64,000 nt of DNA from assembly GCA_023485445.1 (NCBI GenBank), contig JAMCZT010000033.1, forward strand, positions 11,170 to 75,169. Reading direction: 5' to 3'. The position numbers and the translations under genes are program-made. Of this stretch, positions 52,278 through 59,310 are shown piece after piece (the first letter of the stretch is position 1; every line of letters begins with the position of its first letter). This stretch comes from Patescibacteria group bacterium (GTDB lineage: Bacteria; Patescibacteriota; Microgenomatia; Woykebacterales; 2-01-FULL-43-14). A model generated the notes under the pieces. It had not been told where the DNA came from. It did not search any database and was given only the letters and a program-made list of their open reading frames with translations.

Positions 52278-54047
52278 ATGAATTCTGTCCAAAGTCTTTT
52301 TATCAATAAGAAATATTTTCTAAAAAAGCTACTAATTTTTAGTTTAGTCACTTCCTTTTTACTAAATACTTCTTCATTATTTGCTTTGGCCGCCGAAAAA
52401 AAGTTCTCTGATCCTACTCCTGTTAAAAGTAGTTCAATTTCTCAAACGACATTTTCTTCAACAGATTTTTCTAGCCAAAACCAATCTCCAACCGAGATAC
52501 TCTCTCCTGTCTCAAAAGATTACAAAACTAATTTATCCCCCAACGATCCCTCAAAGTCTTACGTTACCCAAGAAGCAGTGGACACCAGAGTTTTTTTGGG
52601 ACCAATAGCTGCCCCCTGGATGATCGCTGATGAATTTAAAAAATTCGAAAAAGCAGTGGAGGATTCGAAGCAAAGCCTCTTAAAGTTCATTCCTGACATT
52701 ATTACTACAATAGTAAAAACGGTAGACGAATCTATGATGCCTAGTAATATTGCGACTTGCCTATGGGGAGAGTTGGAAAAAAAGACAGGGGCAAATCCAA
52801 CTGCATGTGCTCCCCAGGCGACCAACGAACAAACAAATCTTGGAGGAAAGTCTAAAGCCACTTACAACCCACCTTCCGGGTTAATCGCTCTTACTGCCAC
52901 AACGATTGATCAAATTCACCAAAGCGGTCCTCAAATGATCAATACCCAAGATTATCTCGCTTATATCAACCCCTTCCAGCCAAAAGATGCTTACGCTCAA
53001 GGAATTGGAAGAGACCGGCTTAATGTTGCTGCCCTGGAAATTTGGGGAGTCTTGAGAAATGTTTCTTATGCTTTCTTAGTTTTAGTTTTAGTGGTTGTCG
53101 GATTTATGGTCATGTTTAGGGCTAAAATGGATCCAAGGACGACCGTGAGCTTAATAAATTCTTTACCAAGAGTAGTGTTGGTCCTTATCTTGATCACCTT
53201 TAGTTTCCCGATAGGGGCATTGGCAATCGATCTCATCGGATTACTCTTAAATCTAGTCGGCTGTGGGGTGAATCTATACTGTAGCTATGGTAGTTACAAT
53301 CAAAACGTCTTTCTTTTTATGACGGGAGGAGTAATCCTCACTTCTGTTTTAGCCGCCTTCCAGATTCCAACTATTCCAGGTATTGGGTTCCTGGCTGTTA
53401 TCATTTTACTCTTTATTCTTTTACTAGTAACATTTGTCATCATCGCCAGAATCGGGATCGCTTTTATTACAGAGTGGATTTCGCTCTTTTTCACTATTGT
53501 TGCCGCTCCCCTTTATTTACTCGGGGGATCCTTGCCGGGAAGCTCCTCCATAAAAGGCTGGTTTAAGAGACTCTTGGCTCCAGTCCTTTGTATCGTCTCA
53601 ATGTACACGATGGTCGCTATTGCTGGTAAGTTTAGCTCTACGGCCATTGACTCAAGCTTTAGCTCAATGCGTTTTATCGCCACAGGGACATCGGGAATAG
53701 GATTTAATATCCCCCAGTTTATTCCCTCACCAAATTTAACGGGGTCAAGTATTCCTTTGACCCCACCCTTATTCAACGATCTAGTATCCCTGGGAATACT
53801 TCTCTTTACACCGGCAATCTGTACAAATATCAAGAAAGCTCTCGACGTTGTCATGTCCGACCAAGGCTCTATTAATCCGATGGAGATGTCACGCGATGCC
53901 ACGAGGGCGAGATCTACCGCCATTTCAGAGCTCGGTACTAGAATCAAAAGGACGGAGTATAACAACCTTTGGGGTGATCAAACAGGGCGGCCTGGTTGGC
54001 AGGTGGCGAAATTTATTGGGCAGTTGCTAGGGGGACACGGTCCATAA
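52278..54047 (+). CDS. Polytopic inner-membrane protein, VirB6/TrbL-like by size, topology and context
   Basis: 589 aa. Signal peptide, ~230-aa Ser/Thr/Pro-rich ectodomain, at least 6 TM helices, and a C-terminal cytoplasmic tail. No sequence motif could be verified. Confidence 0.45.
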   Translation: MNSVQSLFINKKYFLKKLLIFSLVTSFLLNTSSLFALAAEKKFSDPTPVKSSSISQTTFSSTDFSSQNQSPTEILSPVSKDYKTNLSPNDPSKSYVTQEAVDTRVFLGPIAAPWMIADEFKKFEKAVEDSKQSLLKFIPDIITTIVKTVDESMMPSNIATCLWGELEKKTGANPTACAPQATNEQTNLGGKSKATYNPPSGLIALTATTIDQIHQSGPQMINTQDYLAYINPFQPKDAYAQGIGRDRLNVAALEIWGVLRNVSYAFLVLVLVVVGFMVMFRAKMDPRTTVSLINSLPRVVLVLILITFSFPIGALAIDLIGLLLNLVGCGVNLYCSYGSYNQNVFLFMTGGVILTSVLAAFQIPTIPGIGFLAVIILLFILLLVTFVIIARIGIAFITEWISLFFTIVAAPLYLLGGSLPGSSSIKGWFKRLLAPVLCIVSMYTMVAIAGKFSSTAIDSSFSSMRFIATGTSGIGFNIPQFIPSPNLTGSSIPLTPPLFNDLVSLGILLFTPAICTNIKKALDVVMSDQGSINPMEMSRDATRARSTAISELGTRIKRTEYNNLWGDQTGRPGWQVAKFIGQLLGGHGP

Positions 54048-54053
54048 AAACAT

Positions 54054-54088
54054 AAAAAAGGGAAGCAACTTTTTTAGTTACTTCCCTT
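54054..54088 (-). terminator. Hairpin terminator after the 550-aa orphan gene
   Basis: AAGGGAAG (54058-54065) / CTTCCCTT (54081-54088). On the minus strand it is followed by a U-run (plus-strand AAAAAA at 54054-54059). Confidence 0.5.
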
Positions 54089-54105
54089 AATGCGTACGCT
54101 AACTC

Positions 54106-55758
54106 CTATCTTACAAGTCCCTTCGCCTCTTCTTCTAAGTTGATCCTATTACGTGGTCTTTTCTCTACCTCCTCCCACGCGCGTTTTAATGCGGCACGTG
54201 TGATGGCTGATTGATCACTGACTACATCTAGTATCCGAGGGTCAATCTCCATCAATTTTATATCTTCTACTAACGCTTCGAGCCTAGCCGTGGTATAGTA
54301 AAGCAACCCAAAGGATTCTTCCGGACTGAAGGTTTTTTTAGGACTAAACGCTTCCGGATAAATCCCCTTTGCCCGAATCATATCTGCGTGATGCTTTACT
54401 TCGTCTTCCCCACCCCTCGTGCCACGATATGCCTTGCTCATCTCATCGTAGACTATCGCGATAGACTTTTTTTGGTTATCGACCTGGGTTCCAAGCCGCT
54501 TAATTGCAGCCTGTTCTTCCTCCTCAGTTCCAATGCCACGCGCATAGCTACCACTCATCCTAAGATTTACGACGAGTGAATCCGTGATCTCTCTTGAGTG
54601 GACCACCATCTCGTCGACCATGCGCCTAGTCAAACCATCCGCCCTTCGAAGCCATTTCCTCATTCTGGCTCTCCATAGGGCTAGATCACGAACCCACCCG
54701 TAGTAGGTTGCCACATACGCGGCAAGAGCTTCCGGTGTCTGGACTTTAGGTAATACAGGAGCCTCGTCAATGTTTAGGCTAGTGCCTAGAAAGCCATAAC
54801 GTTCGAAAAACTCCTCTATCATCCTTCGAGTCAGCATCTTTCTCTCCCACAAATCCTCCCAACAAGCAGCATGTAGCCAATATACAGGCTCGATCAGTGT
54901 TCCACGCAGCTTTGCTCCTAAAACACGATACCAGTTGCCATCGGGTTTGGGTACCGTCCCAAAGTTTGGCCCCCGCCTTCCGTGCCGATTTAGCACTGAG
55001 CCCAGAAATGTAGTTGTCAGTGCGAACTCGGGTAGATGAGCGCATCGCGCAATTGACTCCGCCGTGTGTCCCGCCGTGAGATAGTTGCAAATCTCATTGA
55101 AATCAAGTATCTCCCTGTCTAGGGGAAGAGCATTCCCTAAGAGCAGACCAATGGTCTTGATTTCCTTGTACTCGCCGTCGCTGGTTTTGTACAACCACCC
55201 GTCAAGACGGTAAGCCACCATCGCCATTAAAACGTGCTTCCAAGCTTCGGGGTCTTCCCAGATACCTTGGAAAGCTGGGTTTGCGGTCATACCGATTGTT
55301 TGGAGGGGTTTTGAGAAGTCTTTCTCGAGCCGGTCTAGGAGTTCTGCGGAATTTGAGCCCGTGAACTCCCCCATCGTGTTCTTAACTCCCCCTAAAAAAA
55401 GACCTCCTCTAAGTTCCTTGATTGGTCCCGCCGCATCCAAGAGTGCCCCTCTAACAGAGACGCCAGCAAAAGTGGGCGTCTTACCCCAGGGCGTGTACTT
55501 CACCGGGAAATACTGCGACTGATAATGGTCTGTCGCCCAGTGCTGAATCTGTTCAGCCTTCGGCGCCCGAGATCTAAAGAGCTCAACATATTTGTGGGTC
55601 CCCTCAGGGTAAACCTCTAGCTCTCTCTCCAGCTCCGCTAGTTTAACCTTTGCTTGATCGAGACTCATTCCCCTCTTAGTGAAATTAAACGGGTCACAGT
55701 TTTCGATCAAGCTTACCAACTTCAGCATGTCCATCGGATCGGCGATTTCTGTTGCCAT
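54106..55758 (-). CDS. Hypothetical soluble 550-aa protein, compositionally distinct. No domain recognised
   Basis: Long uninterrupted ORF with AGAGGAGAGAG upstream and no TM segments. Hand counts of two 60-nt lines (54901, 55201) give 53-55% G+C, versus 30-38% in lines from neighbouring genes (43501, 53101). Confidence 0.7.
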   Translation of the reverse strand: MATEIADPMDMLKLVSLIENCDPFNFTKRGMSLDQAKVKLAELERELEVYPEGTHKYVELFRSRAPKAEQIQHWATDHYQSQYFPVKYTPWGKTPTFAGVSVRGALLDAAGPIKELRGGLFLGGVKNTMGEFTGSNSAELLDRLEKDFSKPLQTIGMTANPAFQGIWEDPEAWKHVLMAMVAYRLDGWLYKTSDGEYKEIKTIGLLLGNALPLDREILDFNEICNYLTAGHTAESIARCAHLPEFALTTTFLGSVLNRHGRRGPNFGTVPKPDGNWYRVLGAKLRGTLIEPVYWLHAACWEDLWERKMLTRRMIEEFFERYGFLGTSLNIDEAPVLPKVQTPEALAAYVATYYGWVRDLALWRARMRKWLRRADGLTRRMVDEMVVHSREITDSLVVNLRMSGSYARGIGTEEEEQAAIKRLGTQVDNQKKSIAIVYDEMSKAYRGTRGGEDEVKHHADMIRAKGIYPEAFSPKKTFSPEESFGLLYYTTARLEALVEDIKLMEIDPRILDVVSDQSAITRAALKRAWEEVEKRPRNRINLEEEAKGLVR

Positions 55759-56366
55759 TTTTCTCTCTCCTCTTTCTATTCTTTCTATACTTTATTTTCG
55801 GGAAGTTGAAATTTGCCTCAACCGCAGGCTTCTCTTCTTGCAGCAAGGCAAATTGCCTTACCACAAAGGAGAGAGCCCAACGACGAGGAGTAGCTTCCCT
55901 TCCCAGGAAGCCGAAGAGAGCCAACGACGAAATTACTAATTACGCAATTATTTGATCAATTTTTCGTTAAAGCTCTTTTCGACCCCCTGGTTAATGTCTT
56001 AAAATTATCTTCACTTGTTAAAGTTCGTGGCTATTATTCTACCATAAATTAGCCTGAATGTCAAACCTATAATTTATGCAAATAGTCGCGCGACTACTCT
56101 AATATATATCGCTTCGACGAAGTCGAAGGAAGATATAGTACCCTTAACACACGGTTGCCAGTGATCCAGATTGATCCGGTTGCATTATTACTAAACATGC
56201 CTAATAATAGTTAAAGATAACAATGGAAAGAGTTAGAGGGACGAAATTTAGGATCGAGATCGCTTTTAAAAAATCCTCCTTATACTCAGGTCAAACTGAG
56301 CTCTTTTCTGTTGTTATCCCCATAATTGAATTTTCAATTTAAACTAACTTAAGTCAAAAGGCAAAA

Positions 56367-58520
56367 ATGCAACAGCATCCTGTCCCACAAAATATCATGG
56401 GGGTAGAGTTCCAGCTGATTGGCAACATGACCATCCGCCAGTTTGCCTATGTCGGTTCTGGTGCCTTAATCGCCTGGCTTTCTCTCACCGCCCCACTTCC
56501 CTTCCTTTTGAAATGGACACTTGTTCTAGGAGCGGGGTTTGGCGGTCTGGCCTTCGCCTTTCTGCCGGTTAACGATATTCCCTTAGACCGCTGGGTCACC
56601 ATTTTCTTCAACGCTATCTATGCCCCGACAAAGCGGGTTTGGCGAAAGGAAGCTAAAAAACTTGATTTTCTTTACCCAAGCTATTCGGCCTATCTCCAAA
56701 AACAAACTCCCACCTCAATCCCTACTTCCAACCGATTGAAGCTAGAACAGTACCTGGGAACTTTTCAACCCATCGTTCGGAAGAACGAGCTAGATTTAGC
56801 AGAAGAAAGCTACCTCTCAAGTTTAAATTTTTCGATTCTTCCACCTTCCACTCTCACTCCTCCAACCCAAATAGCCCCTCTGGCGGCCATGCCAGAAGAA
56901 ACGAGCAGAAGCGTTGTGGAAAAAGCCGCGGCCGTGGAAGCTAATCAGTTCGCTTCTGAGATTAGCTTCAAGCCAGTCGTCACAATCCGCCTACCAGACA
57001 AAAGCGTTTACGTCAAACCAGTTTCAAACGTCCGTTTGAGGTCGCTGCATCGGCTTTCCGCCCTGGGAGGTACGATTGTCCTGCCTATTCGCGGCGAGCG
57101 AATTTTGGAAATCCCGGAAGAAATCAAAAAGCAGTTTCGGAGTCATCCTCTTGAAAGCAGCAATCCTCCGCTTTCTCTTCGATCATCGCTTGACATCTCG
57201 CCGGAAATATCCTTTACTCCTCACGTTCCGCCCAAACCCATTTTTTCAACTCGAAAGGAGCCTATGGAAATCTTTAAAGGAAACCAACAGTATCAAATGG
57301 GAAAAGTCCCAGAGCCAGGAGCTCCTGCGCCAAAGGCGGAGCCTATCTTTCCTACCCAACCGATAAAAGAGCCAGTACCAGCGCCAATAAAAACGCCAAT
57401 TGAGGCGGTCTCTTCAACAGTTCCTCTAGTTAGTCCGCCGTCAGAAACGAGGGAGGCGCCAGAAGAGACCAAAATTCCAGCGCTAGAACCTTCTTTCGCA
57501 CCAAAACCTGAGTCTACACTTATCGAACCTTCCATAATTAAAACCCCAGAAGAAGTAGAACCAGACGTCTCCGAAACAATCCACCCAGCAGTTCATTTAC
57601 CGGAAATTAAGGCCAACCCGAGCGTCGCTCCTGAGATATCCCTAAAGGCAGAAGTTAAACCCACAGCACCTCAACCGCCCGCACCCTTGCCGTATGACGT
57701 GGATAAAGAGATCCTCAAACAGAGGCTGGAAGAAATGTCCAAGAAAATCACTTCGGCGAACCAAGAAAGGGAAAACCTCCTCTCAGAGCTGACCAAAGTA
57801 AACCATCAAATTGCCCAGGCTCAAGCTTCCGCAGCCTCCACAAAGGAGCTGGAAAAGCTCTCAAATGACTATCGAACCCAGCTAGAACGCGTGCGAACGG
57901 AACGGGAAACTCTCTTTTCCCAGTTAACCACGTTGCAAAGCCAAGTCAAGGCCTTCCAAGAAAGCCTGACCAAATCTAAAACCGAAAAGGAGCAAACCCA
58001 AAAAGCCCTTGCTGATTTTCAAGCCAAACTGGCCCAAGCCGAATCGGAAAAGCAACAAGCCATCGAACGAGCTGCCAAAATGCAGGCCTTGCTAGACGAT
58101 CTGGCCAAACAAAAACAGGCGGAAGCAAAAGAAGCAAAAAAAGACACGCCTGTTGTTTCGGCAGCTAATCTCACAACAGAAGAAAAAACTCCTGTCAAGC
58201 CATTAATCAAGGTCGTCGAGCCGAAAAAAGCGGAGGGCAGAATGGCTCCCGCGATCACTTCTGTTCCAAATGTGATAAACGGAATAGTAAAAGACAAGAA
58301 TGGCCTACTCGTTTCAGATGTGATTATCGTCGTCAAAGACGTCGATGACGAACCAGTAAGAGCCTTAAAGACGAATAAAATCGGCCAATTTGCTATCTCC
58401 ACTCCCCTTCCAAATGGAACTTACACAATGGAGTTAGAGAAAGATGGTTACGAATTTGATATAATAGAAATAGTTGTCGCGGGCGAGATCCTTGCCCCGA
58501 TCGAGATCAGAGCAAAGTAA
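56367..58520 (+). CDS. PrgI/VirB3-like membrane domain fused to a Pro-rich linker, coiled coil and a C-terminal carboxypeptidase-regulatory-like beta-sandwich
   Basis: 717 aa. N-terminal PVPQNIMGVEFQLIGNMTIRQFAYVGSGALIAWL plus two TM helices (PrgI-family pattern). ~250-aa P/E/S-rich segment. Q/E/K coiled coil. C-terminal NGIVKDKNGLLVSDVIIVVKD...TNKIGQFAIS.LPNGTYTMELEKDGYEF. Confidence 0.6.
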   Translation: MQQHPVPQNIMGVEFQLIGNMTIRQFAYVGSGALIAWLSLTAPLPFLLKWTLVLGAGFGGLAFAFLPVNDIPLDRWVTIFFNAIYAPTKRVWRKEAKKLDFLYPSYSAYLQKQTPTSIPTSNRLKLEQYLGTFQPIVRKNELDLAEESYLSSLNFSILPPSTLTPPTQIAPLAAMPEETSRSVVEKAAAVEANQFASEISFKPVVTIRLPDKSVYVKPVSNVRLRSLHRLSALGGTIVLPIRGERILEIPEEIKKQFRSHPLESSNPPLSLRSSLDISPEISFTPHVPPKPIFSTRKEPMEIFKGNQQYQMGKVPEPGAPAPKAEPIFPTQPIKEPVPAPIKTPIEAVSSTVPLVSPPSETREAPEETKIPALEPSFAPKPESTLIEPSIIKTPEEVEPDVSETIHPAVHLPEIKANPSVAPEISLKAEVKPTAPQPPAPLPYDVDKEILKQRLEEMSKKITSANQERENLLSELTKVNHQIAQAQASAASTKELEKLSNDYRTQLERVRTERETLFSQLTTLQSQVKAFQESLTKSKTEKEQTQKALADFQAKLAQAESEKQQAIERAAKMQALLDDLAKQKQAEAKEAKKDTPVVSAANLTTEEKTPVKPLIKVVEPKKAEGRMAPAITSVPNVINGIVKDKNGLLVSDVIIVVKDVDDEPVRALKTNKIGQFAISTPLPNGTYTMELEKDGYEFDIIEIVVAGEILAPIEIRAK

Positions 58521-58530
58521 AGGAGCTGCC

Positions 58531-59298
58531 TTGCCAGATAAAATTATCGCCACCACCCAAGAACATCTAGACATTGAAGATATCCGAAACGATATCGTAG
58601 TTCTAAAGTCCGGTAACGCCAGTATCGTCCTCCAGACTAACGCCGTCAATTTTGACCTTCTTTCCGAGCAAGAACAGGACGCGATGATCTTCGCTTATGC
58701 CGGATTGCTTAATTCACTCTCTTTTCCTATCCAAGTAATCGTCCGCTCAAAGCTAATGGACATTAGCAGCTACATTGAAAAACTTGAAACGGTTAAGAAG
58801 GGTCAGGCCAACCAAAGGCTAGCGGAAGAAATCGGCCGCTACCAAGAATTCGTTCGAGAGCTTATCGCTAAAAACAACGTTTTGGATAAACGTTTTTACA
58901 TCGTCATCCCTTATTTTGAAGCCCGAATGTCCTCTCTCAGTCCGATCGGCGCTCTCACTGGTAAAAAGACTGTCTATTTTGACAAATGGCAGCTTTTGGA
59001 AAAAGCCAAGGTCGCCTTGCAGCCAAAAAGAGACCACATTATCAAGCAGCTTTCTAGGATCGGTGTCAAGGCCAAGCAGGTAACCACCCAAGAACTAGTT
59101 GAACTTTTTTATGATATTTATAACCCAACTGTGGCCCGGGAACAAAAAGTCGCCTTAAAGACCAGCGACTACACTACGCCAGTGGTTGAACCGGCAATCG
59201 AACCGGCGGGGGTAGTTGAAAACGCTAAACCGCAGCCAATCCCAAATAATCAAACTGAAAATCCGAGGCCTGCCGAGGAAGAAACTAACCTAACTTAG
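58531..59298 (+). CDS. T4SS-cluster protein resembling a stand-alone VirB4 N-terminal domain
   Basis: TTG start 5 nt after AAGGAG. IEDIRNDIVVLKSGNASIVLQTNAVNFDLLSEQEQDAMIFAYAGLLNSLSFPIQVIVRS...KRFYIVIPYFE parallels the N-terminus of the next gene (VKDIIAPPALEVDFDFVKIGNMFYRTLFV...LSFFYYPV...ERFFQFAFYITIPAE). Confidence 0.45.
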   Translation: MPDKIIATTQEHLDIEDIRNDIVVLKSGNASIVLQTNAVNFDLLSEQEQDAMIFAYAGLLNSLSFPIQVIVRSKLMDISSYIEKLETVKKGQANQRLAEEIGRYQEFVRELIAKNNVLDKRFYIVIPYFEARMSSLSPIGALTGKKTVYFDKWQLLEKAKVALQPKRDHIIKQLSRIGVKAKQVTTQELVELFYDIYNPTVAREQKVALKTSDYTTPVVEPAIEPAGVVENAKPQPIPNNQTENPRPAEEETNLT

Positions 59299-59310
59299 AG
59301 GAAATCTAAA

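Noticed and set aside
55679-55955. Three short ORFs (67-86 aa) in the orphan-gene upstream region
   Set aside because: They mutually overlap on both strands in a palindrome-rich non-coding region, with no Shine-Dalgarno sequence and low-complexity translations.
55759-56366. Palindrome-rich gap considered as an oriT for the T4SS-like system
   Set aside because: No relaxase or coupling protein is in the window and no recognisable nic-site consensus. It is kept only as a low-confidence alternative inside the finding on this region.
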